Source of the DNA: Chlamydiota bacterium
GTDB taxonomy: Bacteria; Auribacterota; Tritonobacteria; UBA1439
Assembly (NCBI GenBank): GCA_037133055.1
Contig: JBAXOY010000012.1
Location: 1-41,013 of the forward strand
Length of the DNA stretch: 41,013 nt
Direction: 5' to 3'
Below are positions 1 to 8,965 of this stretch, in pieces; within the stretch, counting starts at the first letter, position 1, and each line of letters begins with the position of its first letter. The notes beneath the pieces are model-generated. The model did no database searches. It saw nothing but the letters and a program-made list of their open reading frames with translations, and was not told where the DNA came from. Made by a program: the position numbers and the translations under genes.

Positions 1-182
1 ATCCGCGTTCATCCGCGTCAATCCGCGTCCCATCTGCTCCTGCAAAAAATATGGCGTCGAAAATATTCTCTATAGTATCTGCGTTCATCTGCGAAATCTG
101 CGTCCGATGTGGGTGTCCGGCCGCTTTTGTCCGCCTTTTGTATCCTGTCTATCCTGACGATCTGCGTTCATCTGCGTCCCGG
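1..182. repeat. Intergenic short-unit repeat array (ATCYGCGTTC-type units), truncated by the window edge; inverted copy of 4032-4211
   Basis: Clusters such as atccgcgttc-atccgcgtca-atccgcgtcc and atctgcgttcatctgcg. The reverse complement of 1-180 aligns without gaps to 4032-4211, with about 18 mismatches by hand count. Confidence 0.9.
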
Positions 183-304
183 TGTTGATTCTTCATTATT
201 TACATGCCGCCGGTTTTCCCTTGCCATCCCGCCTGGGGCACACTACCATAGGGCTCCGAGTTCCGTCCATCGCCCGCACACGTCGCACACGTCAGGTCGA
301 CCCT

Positions 305-1660
305 ATGGCACACAGCGTGTTGCTCGTCTTCGAGTCGCCGCGCAGGAAGCAACTCTTCATCAACACCCTCCCCCCGCTCGGAATCCTCGGGATCGCCTCC
401 TTTCTCCGGGCGCGGGGAATCCCGGTGCGCGTGCGGGACTGCTGCATCGACACCCTCACCGACGACGATATCAGCGCGGCGGATATCGTGGGGCTGAGCG
501 TCAACATCTCCAACGTCGAGCGCTCCCTCGAGGCGGCCCGGAGGGTGAAGCGCGCCTTCCCCGGGAAAACCGTCATCGCGGGCGGACCGCTCTGCGCCTC
601 GATCCCCGCCCGCATGGCGCGTGAGGAGTGCCTCGACGCCGTCGCGGCCGGCGAGGGGGAGGAGATCATGGCCGAGGCCGCGGAGGGGAAGCCGCTCGGC
701 GAGATCATGGGGCTCTACCTCAGGGACGGCCCCGGCCGAGTCTCCCATACGGGCGCGCGCGCCTGGATCGCCGACCTGGATCGCCTCCCCTTCCCCGCCC
801 TCGACATGGTGGACCTCCCGCGCTACTACTCGCCCGTGAAGAAGGCGCGCCCGATCTCCAACCTCATCTCTTCGCGGGGGTGCCCGTACGGATGCATCTA
901 CTGCTTCAAGACGATGGGAAACAGGTGGCGGGCCCGCTCCCCGAAGAACGTCGTGGACGAGATCGAGTGGCAGGTCGGGGAGCTCGGGGTCAGGGAGATC
1001 TGCATCTATGACGACAACTTCACCATGGACCCGCGGAGGGCGGAGGAGATCTGCGACGGCATCGTCGACCGGGGCATCAGGGTCCGCCTCCAGCTCACGA
1101 ACGGCATCAGGGCCGACCGGATCACCCGCGAAACGGTCCGGAAGCTCAAGCGCGCCGGGGCATGGATCGTGGGCGTCGCGCCGGAGTCCGGCAGCGCGGA
1201 GACCCTGAAGCGGATCGGGAAGGGGTTCGCGCTCCCGCAGGTGGACCAGGCCGTCCGCTGGTGCCGGGAGGAAGGGATCAGGACCTGGTCGTTTTTCATG
1301 GTCGGCTTCCCCTGGGAGACGGAGGGCGATGTCGAGGAGACGATACGCTACGCCGCGGCCCTCAGCACCGACCTCACGCAGTTTTCCCGGGTGACCGCGT
1401 TTCCCGGCACCGAGCTTTATGCTATACTGTGCGGCAAGGAAGAGGGTGGAGATCCGTCGCTGGCGGATCACGGGCTCTTCTACGGCGGCGTGTCGCACGA
1501 GACCCCGGGGCTGGGGGAGGAAGCGCTTGCCCGGCTGGTCAAGCGCGCCTACCGGGCGGTCTACCTACGGCCCGGGAAGATGCTGCGCCTCCTCACGATG
1601 CTCTCCCCCCTCGACCTGTGGCAGCTCTTCTATTACTCCGTCACGACAGGGAGCGTATGA
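305..1660 (+). CDS. Cobalamin-binding domain radical SAM protein (class B methyltransferase-like)
   Basis: PPLGILGIAS, GGP, GEGE and DLDRLPFP motifs; SRGCPYGCIYC (CxxxCxxC); DDNF; ESGS. The ATG at 305 (MAHSVLLV) is preferred over the TTG at 182, which abuts the repeat array. Confidence 0.9.
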   Translation: MAHSVLLVFESPRRKQLFINTLPPLGILGIASFLRARGIPVRVRDCCIDTLTDDDISAADIVGLSVNISNVERSLEAARRVKRAFPGKTVIAGGPLCASIPARMAREECLDAVAAGEGEEIMAEAAEGKPLGEIMGLYLRDGPGRVSHTGARAWIADLDRLPFPALDMVDLPRYYSPVKKARPISNLISSRGCPYGCIYCFKTMGNRWRARSPKNVVDEIEWQVGELGVREICIYDDNFTMDPRRAEEICDGIVDRGIRVRLQLTNGIRADRITRETVRKLKRAGAWIVGVAPESGSAETLKRIGKGFALPQVDQAVRWCREEGIRTWSFFMVGFPWETEGDVEETIRYAAALSTDLTQFSRVTAFPGTELYAILCGKEEGGDPSLADHGLFYGGVSHETPGLGEEALARLVKRAYRAVYLRPGKMLRLLTMLSPLDLWQLFYYSVTTGSV

Positions 1661-2448
1661 CACACGACCTGCGGCAGTTCGAGATCAGCCCCCCGGGGGA
1701 GGCCGCCCCGGGCGTCTCGATCGTGTTCCCGATGTACAACGAGCGGGAGTACGTCCGGAAGACCGTCGCCCTGGCCCTCCGGACCATCCAGGGCATCACC
1801 GACGACTACGAGATCATCATCGTGGACGACGCCTCGACCGACGGCTGCAGCGAGATCGCCGACGAGCTCGCCCGGGAGAACGACCGGATCAGGGTGTTCC
1901 ACCACAAGGTCAACGGAAAACTCGGCACGACCCTGAGGACCGGCTTCCCCCAGGCCCGCAAGGATATCGTCATCTACAGCGACATGGACCTCCCGTTCGA
2001 CCTTGACGAGATCCGGAAGGCCCTGAGGGTGATGTATCTCAACGACTCCGACATCGTGATGGCCTATCGCCTCGATCGCACGAGCGAGGGCCCCCGGCGC
2101 GCCATCTACTCGGGCGTGTACAACATGTTGATCCACGTCCTGTTCGGCGTGCGGATCCGGGATATCAACTTCGCCTTCAAGGTCGTCCGGCAGCGGGTCC
2201 TGCGCGCCGTCACCCTCACCTCGTCGGGCTCCTTCATCGACGCCGAGCTTGTCATCAAGGCCTCGCGCGCGGGGTTCCGGATATCCCAGTTCGGCATCGA
2301 CTACTTCGCCCGGAGCAGGGGCGCCTCGAGCCTTTCGAGCATCTCCGTGATCCTCAACCTCCTCGGGGAGATGGGCCGCTTCTGGCTCTCGCTCCACCGG
2401 CCCCGAAGGGGCGGGGAGCGCGCCGGGAACCCGCCCGCCGCGCGATGA
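1657..2448 (+). CDS. Family 2 glycosyltransferase (polyprenol-phosphate glycosyltransferase, DPM1-like)
   Basis: VSIVFPMYNE, IIIVDDASTDG, YSDMD and FIDAEL motifs. The ATG at 1657 overlaps the upstream stop (ATGA). Confidence 0.9.
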   Translation: MTHDLRQFEISPPGEAAPGVSIVFPMYNEREYVRKTVALALRTIQGITDDYEIIIVDDASTDGCSEIADELARENDRIRVFHHKVNGKLGTTLRTGFPQARKDIVIYSDMDLPFDLDEIRKALRVMYLNDSDIVMAYRLDRTSEGPRRAIYSGVYNMLIHVLFGVRIRDINFAFKVVRQRVLRAVTLTSSGSFIDAELVIKASRAGFRISQFGIDYFARSRGASSLSSISVILNLLGEMGRFWLSLHRPRRGGERAGNPPAAR

Positions 2449-3887
2449 AAAGAATCCTCTTCCTGAACCCCCCGATCTCCCCCGAGGAGCGCTACGGTGA
2501 GCTCGCCTCCGCGGGGGCCATGGAGCCGCCGCACGGCCTCACCTACCTCGCCGCGGTGATGCGCGCGGCCGGGTGGGAGGCCCGCATACTCGACGCCGAG
2601 GCGCTCCGGATGACGCCGGGCCACGCGGCCGCCGCGGCCGTCTCCCTCTCCCCAGACGTTTTCGCCTGCACCGCCGTCACCGTCTCGATCTCCCGGGCGG
2701 CGGAGGTCGCTGCCTCGGTGAAGCGGTCCCGCCCGGGGACGGTGACGGTCCTCGGCGGCGTCCACCTCACCTCCCAACCCCGCGAGACGATGGAGCGCTT
2801 CCCGTGTTTCGACTACGGCGTGATCGGCGAAGGGGAGCGCGCCGTGCGGGAGTTCTGCGAAGCGCTCGACCGCGGCGGGGCGCCGGGGGCGGTCCCAGGT
2901 GTGGTCTCGCGCGAGGGGGGGGAGCTGCGCATCGCGCCGCCCGGCCCCTTCCTCAAGAACCTCGACGCCCTGCCGCTGCCCGCGTGGGACCTCCTCCCTC
3001 CCCTCGCCCGCACCTATGCCCTCCCCCCGCAGAGCGTGATGCAGTCCCCCTCGACCTCCCTCATCACCTCCCGCGGCTGCACCGGGCGCTGCATCTTCTG
3101 CGACACGAGCGTGTTCAGGAACGTCTGCCGGGCCCACAGCGCCGAGTACGTCATGACGATGATCCGCACGCTCGCCCGCGACTACGGGATCCGGGAGATA
3201 CTCTTCGAAGACGACAACTTCGTCCTCTTCCGCGCGCGCCTCGAGCGCCTGACGGAGCTGCTCAGGTCCGCCGGCACCGGGGTGAGCTGGAGCTGCCTCG
3301 CGCGGGTGGATATGATGCCGCAGCCCGCGACGCTCCGGGCGATGCGCGCCGCGGGCTGCTGGCAGATGCTCGTGGGGATAGAATCCGGGTGCCAGGAGAT
3401 CCTCGATCTCGAGAAGAAGGGGATCACGCTCGCGCAGATCGCCGAGGCGGTCCGCCGCGCGCGCGACTGCGGCATGCGGACGAAGGGTTTTCTCATGGTC
3501 GGGCACCCGACCGAGACCCCCGACACCGTCGCCCGCACCATACGCTTCGTGAACTCCCTCCCGCTCGACGACGTCAGCGTCACCTACTTCACCGTGTTTC
3601 CCGGATCCCCGATGTGGCCGGAGGCGTCCCGATGGGGCGCGGTCAGCCCCGACTTCGACAGGATGAGCGTCTTCCATCCGACGTTCATCCCGCACGGCTT
3701 CACCGAGGCGTCGCTCACGGAGGCGTCACGCCGCATTCTTCGATGTTTCTACCTCCGCCCACGCGTCGTGCTCGCGTACCTCGGGCGGATCAGGAGCCCC
3801 CGCCAGCTCGCGGCGCTCGCCCGCGGGGCTATGGCGCTCCTGAAGCACCTCCTTTTCCGGAGGGACGCGAGTTCTCCGGAGAAATGA
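2445..3887 (+). CDS. Cobalamin-binding domain radical SAM protein
   Basis: PPHGLTYLAA, GGVH, GEGE, LDALPLPAWD, SRGCTGRCIFC, EDDNF, GIESG; ATGA overlap with the upstream gene. Confidence 0.9.
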   Translation: MKRILFLNPPISPEERYGELASAGAMEPPHGLTYLAAVMRAAGWEARILDAEALRMTPGHAAAAAVSLSPDVFACTAVTVSISRAAEVAASVKRSRPGTVTVLGGVHLTSQPRETMERFPCFDYGVIGEGERAVREFCEALDRGGAPGAVPGVVSREGGELRIAPPGPFLKNLDALPLPAWDLLPPLARTYALPPQSVMQSPSTSLITSRGCTGRCIFCDTSVFRNVCRAHSAEYVMTMIRTLARDYGIREILFEDDNFVLFRARLERLTELLRSAGTGVSWSCLARVDMMPQPATLRAMRAAGCWQMLVGIESGCQEILDLEKKGITLAQIAEAVRRARDCGMRTKGFLMVGHPTETPDTVARTIRFVNSLPLDDVSVTYFTVFPGSPMWPEASRWGAVSPDFDRMSVFHPTFIPHGFTEASLTEASRRILRCFYLRPRVVLAYLGRIRSPRQLAALARGAMALLKHLLFRRDASSPEK

Positions 3888-3905
3888 GGCACTTTCAACT
3901 GTTGC

Positions 3906-4456
3906 TCGCAGATGAACGCGGATATTATTGAGAATATTTGAGACGCCATATTATTTACAGAAGCGGATGGGACGCGGATTGACGCGGATGAACGCGGATA
4001 AAGAAATAGCCCATGATTTTCAAGAATGAATGGGACGCGGATGAACGCGGATCGTCAGGATAGACAGGATACAAAAGGCGGACAAAAGCGACTGGCTACT
4101 GATATTGGACGCAGATTTCGCAGATGAACGCAGATACCATAGAGAATATTTGAGACGCCATATTATTTACAGAAGCGGATGGGACGCGGATTGACGCGGA
4201 TAAACGCGGATTTTTAACGCAGCGTGCTACCATCTTGAACCTTGATCTTGAACCGTTGTCGTATCTGCGTGCTCTGCGTTCATCTGCGTCCCGAATGATA
4301 TATTCTCTGTTGCCTCGTTGTATTTAGCCTATTCAAGCGATCCGCGTGCATCCGCGTCGATCCGCGTCCAAAGTGTCTTTGCCGTTTCCTTTTATGCCTT
4401 CACGCCGTGGTCTTATCTGCGTTCATCCTGACAATCTGCGTTCATCTGCGTCCCGG
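3906..4456. repeat. Composite non-coding repeat element: GAACGCRGAT-type clusters followed by their reverse complements, with an internal 94-bp direct repeat
   Basis: 3906-3999 is repeated at 4118-4211 (offset 212). Inverted-unit clusters lie at 4263-4292, 4340-4369 and 4415-4454. 4425-4456 matches 151-182 at 31/32. Confidence 0.9.
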
Positions 4457-4497
4457 CGTCAAAGAACCGTTAAAGCATACCCTCCCGGTCCCGATAA

Positions 4498-4506
4498 TGC
4501 TATACT
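4498..4506 (+). promoter_or_regulatory. Putative extended -10 promoter (TG-C-TATACT)
   Basis: TGCTATACT lies 20 nt upstream of the GT2 ATG at 4527. The same or a near-identical motif precedes other transcription units in the window. Confidence 0.5.
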
Positions 4507-4526
4507 ACCACTGATCCTCATGGGAC

Positions 4527-5375
4527 ATGGGAGGCGACGCCGTGCTCAGCGTAATCGTACCCGTCTTCAACGAGAGGGAGAGCATCCGGCAGGTGCTCGA
4601 CGGCATCGCCGCGCCGCTGGAGGGGACCGACCACGAGATCATCGCCGTGGACGACGCCTCGACCGACGGCTCATCCGGGCTCCTCGCCTCCCTTCCCGGC
4701 ATCCGCGTGATCGCGCACGAGGAGAACTGCGGCTACGGCGCCTCCCTCAAGGACGGCATCCGCGCGGCGCGCGGGGACGCCCTCGCGATCATCGACGCGG
4801 ACGGGACCTATCCCGCGGAGCGCATCACGGAAATGCTCTCCCTGCTCGGGAAGTTCCCGATGGTCGTCGGCGCGCGCGAACCGCTCCCCCGCTTCAACCG
4901 CCTCGCCAAGGCGATGCTTGGGCTCCTCGTATGGCTGCTCACGAGGAAGCATGTCCCTGACCTCAACTCGGGCCTCCGCCTCTTCCGCCGCGACACGGCG
5001 GAGCGGTTCATGCACCTCCTTCCCGACGGCTACTCGTTCACGACGACGCTCACGATCGGCTGCCTTGTCAACCATATCCCGGTCCGCTACCTCCCCATCC
5101 GCTACCGCCCGCGGATCGGCACGAGCAAGATCCGCCCCGTCCGCGACTTCTTCAACTTCGCCCTCCTCATCGTGCGGCTGGTGACGTATTTCAAGCCGCT
5201 CGAGGTCTATCTCCCCGCGAGCTTCGCCCTCTTCGCCGCCGGAGGGGCCGTGGGGCTCTACAGCCTTGTCGTGAACCACCGGGTCATGGACGTGACGACC
5301 GTCATCCTCATCGTCTTCGCCTTCCAGGTCGCGCTCCTCGGCCTCCTCGCCGACATCATCATCAGGAAACGCTGA
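4527..5375 (+). CDS. Family 2 glycosyltransferase with C-terminal transmembrane helices (polyprenol-phosphate glycosyltransferase-like)
   Basis: LSVIVPVFNE, VDDASTDGS, NCGYGASL, IIDADGTY, PDLNSGLR, YSFTTTLT; two hydrophobic C-terminal segments. Confidence 0.9.
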   Translation: MGGDAVLSVIVPVFNERESIRQVLDGIAAPLEGTDHEIIAVDDASTDGSSGLLASLPGIRVIAHEENCGYGASLKDGIRAARGDALAIIDADGTYPAERITEMLSLLGKFPMVVGAREPLPRFNRLAKAMLGLLVWLLTRKHVPDLNSGLRLFRRDTAERFMHLLPDGYSFTTTLTIGCLVNHIPVRYLPIRYRPRIGTSKIRPVRDFFNFALLIVRLVTYFKPLEVYLPASFALFAAGGAVGLYSLVVNHRVMDVTTVILIVFAFQVALLGLLADIIIRKR

Positions 5376-5377
5376 TC

Positions 5378-7366
5378 ATGCCGGGATTCCTGGACATCCC
5401 CCCGTCCCTGTGCCACTCCTGCGGCACCTGCATCGCCGTGTGCCCCGCGAGGGCGCTCGTCGCCGGGGGGGGCGCCCCCCGCCTCGCGGGGGACTGCGCG
5501 CAGTGCGGGCTCTGCTATTCCCTCTGCCCGGGACTCGCCTTCGACTTCGCCGCCATGGGGCGCCGGTTCTTCCCCGGGTCGGTTCCCGATCCGTACTTCG
5601 GATGCGTCGAGGCGATGCACACCGGACGGGCGATCCCCGAACGCCCCACCGGCAGCTCCTCCGGCGGGATGGTCACCGCGCTCCACCGGACGGCACTTTC
5701 GGCGGGCTCCGTCCGGGCCGCGGTGGTCGTCGACATGGACCCGTCCGACCCGCTCAGGCCGCGCGCCCGCCTTGCGCGGACCCCTGGTGAAATCCTCGCC
5801 GCCGCGGGGTCGAAATACTCGCTCGTTCCCCTGAACGCGATCCTCACCGAATCCGCCGCGATCGACGGTCCCGTCGCCCTCGCGGGACTCCCCTGCCACC
5901 TCCACGGGATACGGATGCTCCAGTCCGCCGATCACCCCCTCGCGCGGAACATCGCCGTAACGATCGGGCTCTTCTGCGGGTTCAATCTCCTCCCGGAGGC
6001 GACGCCGTTCATGCTCCGGAAGCTCGGGGCTGACCCGGGAGAGGTTGCCGCGGTGCGCTACCGCGCCGGGAACTGGCCCGGGAGATTCGAGGTCACCCTC
6101 AGGAACGGATCGGTGCGCGGCGTGGCGAAGCAGGCGTTCAATTTTCTCCACGCCTTTTTTCTTCCGCCCCGCTGCGCGCTCTGCCCCGACCTCTTCGCCG
6201 AGGCGGCCGACATCGCCGTCGGGGACTACTGGCCATGCCCGGGCGGGGGAGACGGGGGGCGCTCGGCGATCATCGTGAGGAACGCCGCCGGGCGGGCGTT
6301 TCTCGATGGGGCCCTCGCGGCCGGGGCGGTCGAAATCTCGCCGCTCGTCCCCGCGGAGCTCTACCGTTCGCACGCCCATCTCATACGCTACAAGAAGAGG
6401 TCGTTTTCGGTCCGCATGGCACTGAGCCGCCTGAAACCCCGCTTCACGGGGCGATTTCCGCGGCCCTCGGCGGTCGAACGTCTCCGCGGCGCGATTTTCT
6501 TCTCCCTCCTCCGTTTCGGCCGCTCCCGCGCCGGCAGGGGCGTCGCCCGGGCGCTCCCGCTCGGGCTTCTCGGGGCCGGGGCCGCGGCGCTCCGCCGCCG
6601 CGCATCCCGTAAGGGCGCGGCTCGCCCCTCGCGCCGCTACTGGACTCTCGAGGACGTGGGGGCGCACTGGGACAACACCGATGACTACGACGAGATCAAC
6701 GCGCGGACCTACTCGTACCCGCGCCGGTTCACGGACGGTTTCCGCATCGTCTCCCCGCGCATCCCGGACGGGGCGCGCGTGCTCGACATCTCCTGCCGCA
6801 CGGGCATGGGGTCCCGGTACTTCGGCACCCGGCGGAAGATCGCGCTGACCGGGATGGCCCCCTCGCCGCTCCAGGCCGCGAAGGCCCGGGAGCTTCTCGC
6901 GAAGGAGGGGGTCCCGTTCACGGCGATAGAGTGGCGATCCATGCGCCTCCCCTTTCCCGACGACTCCTTCGACGCGGTGCTCTCGTTCGAAACCGCCGAG
7001 CACATCTTCGACCCCGCGGCGTTCATCGGGGAGATCGCCCGGGTACTCAAGCCCGGGGGATGCCTTCTCCTGACCACTCCGAACACGGCATGGGAGCCCG
7101 TCCACGCCCTCGCCCCGGCGCTCGGGCTTCACCACAGCGAGGGGCCGCACCGCTTCATCCCGCGCCGCGAGCTTCTCCGGATGCTCGCGGCCTCGAACCT
7201 CGCCGTCTCCCGCGAGGTCACCACGGTGCTCATCCCCGCGGGTCCCGGCTGGCTCACCCGCATCGGCGAAAAGATCGAACGGGCCCTTCCGGAGAGCATC
7301 CGCCGGGCACTCTGCCTCCGGCGGATATTCCTCGCCGAGAAGCGGCGGAAAGGACATGACGGATGA
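5378..7366 (+). CDS. FrhB/FdhB-like (F420 hydrogenase/dehydrogenase beta subunit family) Fe-S protein fused to a class I SAM methyltransferase
   Basis: Ferredoxin motifs CHSCGTCIAVCP and CAQCGLCYSLCP. FrhB-type motifs SSGGMVTAL, AGSKY, GLPCH, IGLFCG and RCALCPD..ADIAVGD. C-terminal VLDISCRTG, LPFPDDSFD and LKPGG. Confidence 0.85.
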   Translation: MPGFLDIPPSLCHSCGTCIAVCPARALVAGGGAPRLAGDCAQCGLCYSLCPGLAFDFAAMGRRFFPGSVPDPYFGCVEAMHTGRAIPERPTGSSSGGMVTALHRTALSAGSVRAAVVVDMDPSDPLRPRARLARTPGEILAAAGSKYSLVPLNAILTESAAIDGPVALAGLPCHLHGIRMLQSADHPLARNIAVTIGLFCGFNLLPEATPFMLRKLGADPGEVAAVRYRAGNWPGRFEVTLRNGSVRGVAKQAFNFLHAFFLPPRCALCPDLFAEAADIAVGDYWPCPGGGDGGRSAIIVRNAAGRAFLDGALAAGAVEISPLVPAELYRSHAHLIRYKKRSFSVRMALSRLKPRFTGRFPRPSAVERLRGAIFFSLLRFGRSRAGRGVARALPLGLLGAGAAALRRRASRKGAARPSRRYWTLEDVGAHWDNTDDYDEINARTYSYPRRFTDGFRIVSPRIPDGARVLDISCRTGMGSRYFGTRRKIALTGMAPSPLQAAKARELLAKEGVPFTAIEWRSMRLPFPDDSFDAVLSFETAEHIFDPAAFIGEIARVLKPGGCLLLTTPNTAWEPVHALAPALGLHHSEGPHRFIPRRELLRMLAASNLAVSREVTTVLIPAGPGWLTRIGEKIERALPESIRRALCLRRIFLAEKRRKGHDG

Positions 7367-8823
7367 AGATCGCGCTCGTTTATCCCGCGCTCATCCCGGG
7401 GGTAAAGCCCCGCTACGGCCTCCAGCCCCTCGGCATCCTCTATCTCGCGGGAAGGCTCAGGGCCGCGGGGCACCAGGTCGTCACGATCGACGGCGAGATC
7501 CTCGGCCTCTCAGTGAAGGAGACCGTGGACGCGGTGATACGTTCGGAGCCGGACCTTGTCGGAATAAGCCTGATGACCCCCCAGTACCCGGCGGGGATCG
7601 AGATCGCGGAGGAAGTGAGGCGCCGCGCCCCGCGCATCGCGGTCTGCGCGGGCGGGGCGCACGTGAACGCGACCCTCGACGAAACGCTGCGCCGCTGCCC
7701 GTCGATCGACTTTCTCGTGTGCGGCGAGGGGGAGGAGACGCTCGCCGAGGCCGCGGCGCGGGGCGGGCGCGGGGAGGGGCTCGCGGGCGTCGCGGGCGTC
7801 GTCTTCCGCGAGGGCGGCGCGATCCGCATAAATCCGCCGCGCCCGTTCATACCTGATCTCGACTCCCTCCCCTTTCCCGACTTCACGATGCTCCCGCTCG
7901 ACCGCTACCGGATCCCGTACCTCCAGGGGCCTCCCATCGCCTCGATGATGCTCAGCCGCGGGTGCCCTTACCGTTGCGCCTTCTGCGACGCGCACGTGAC
8001 CCAGGGGAAGAAACTCAGGACGCATTCCCCGGCGGCCGTCGTGCGCGAGATCGGGCGCTGCGTGCGGTCGCTCCGGATTCATGATTACGCATTCAAGGAC
8101 AGCACCTTCACGCTGGACCGGGCATGGTGCCTCGACCTCCTCGCGCGCCTCCGCGCCGAAAAGCTCGCCATCAGATACCGGTGCAACACCCGCGTCGACC
8201 GGATCGACGGAGAGCTCCTCACCGCCTTGCAACAGTCCGGCTGCACGATCATCCTCTTCGGCGTCGAGTCGGGCTCGCAGGCGATTCTGGACCGGATGCA
8301 GAAGCACACCACCCTCGCCCAGATCCGCGAGGCATTCCGCCTCACCGCCCGGGCCGGAATACGCACCTACGCCTCGTTCATGCTGGGGAATCCCGGGGAG
8401 ACCGACGCCACGGCCCGCGAAACCATCGAGCTTGCGAAGGAGATCAACCCCGACCTCGTGCTCTTCTTCTACACCACCGCCTATCCGGGCACCCAGCTTT
8501 ACGCGGACGCGCTGAAGGAGGGGCTTGTCGCCGAGGACTGGTGGGTCAAGGAGAAGCCGGCGGAGTCCGACTACGCGGTAAGCAAGTGGCTGTCGGGCGA
8601 GGGGGGGAAGCTCCGCATTCCGGGGTTCGACGTCGGGCCGTGGATCAAAAGGGCGTACCAGTCATACTACTTCAGGCCGCGCTACGCGCTGAAGGCGCTG
8701 AAGTCCCTGTTCACGGACCCGTCATACCTGAAGGGGCTCCTCCAGCTCCTCCCGAGCTTCATCGACTTCTCGCGCGGGAAGGGGTCCGTCCCCGGAAGCG
8801 AAAGCGGCGACGGCGAGGAGTGA
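7363..8823 (+). CDS. Cobalamin-binding domain radical SAM protein
   Basis: QPLGILYLA, GGAH, GEGE, DLDSLPFPD, SRGCPYRCAFC, GVESGS; ATGA overlap with the upstream gene. Confidence 0.9.
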   Translation: MKIALVYPALIPGVKPRYGLQPLGILYLAGRLRAAGHQVVTIDGEILGLSVKETVDAVIRSEPDLVGISLMTPQYPAGIEIAEEVRRRAPRIAVCAGGAHVNATLDETLRRCPSIDFLVCGEGEETLAEAAARGGRGEGLAGVAGVVFREGGAIRINPPRPFIPDLDSLPFPDFTMLPLDRYRIPYLQGPPIASMMLSRGCPYRCAFCDAHVTQGKKLRTHSPAAVVREIGRCVRSLRIHDYAFKDSTFTLDRAWCLDLLARLRAEKLAIRYRCNTRVDRIDGELLTALQQSGCTIILFGVESGSQAILDRMQKHTTLAQIREAFRLTARAGIRTYASFMLGNPGETDATARETIELAKEINPDLVLFFYTTAYPGTQLYADALKEGLVAEDWWVKEKPAESDYAVSKWLSGEGGKLRIPGFDVGPWIKRAYQSYYFRPRYALKALKSLFTDPSYLKGLLQLLPSFIDFSRGKGSVPGSESGDGEE

Positions 8824-8851
8824 CCCCGCACCGTCCGTGAGATGTGCGCGC
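8756..8851 (+). repeat. 96-bp direct repeat, copy 1 (last codons and stop of the radical SAM gene plus 28 nt)
   Basis: gcttcatcgacttctcg...gagatgtgcgcgc matches 11827-11922 at 94/96. Confidence 0.95.
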
Positions 8852-8965
8852 AGTCCATGCCGGAAACCAGCTCATCCGCCGTCAGCCCGGTATCGGTGCA
8901 GGAGGCACGAATTCATCTATCCGTCGCGGAAAGCGCGGAGCCCCTAGCTGCTACGCTACGCCCGC

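Noticed and set aside
4026..4127. Short ORF MNGTRMNADRQDRQD... as a RiPP precursor for the radical SAMs
   Set aside because: It is simply a translation of the repeat units, has no clear RBS, and the surrounding genes point to glycan rather than peptide chemistry.
3906..4456. Possible CRISPR array
   Set aside because: Units are 9-10 nt, occur in both orientations with irregular and partly duplicated spacers, and no cas genes are present.
305..8823. Specific names such as hpnJ, hpnP or bchE for the B12 radical SAMs
   Set aside because: The motifs support only the family. No hopanoid or bacteriochlorophyll genes are in the window.
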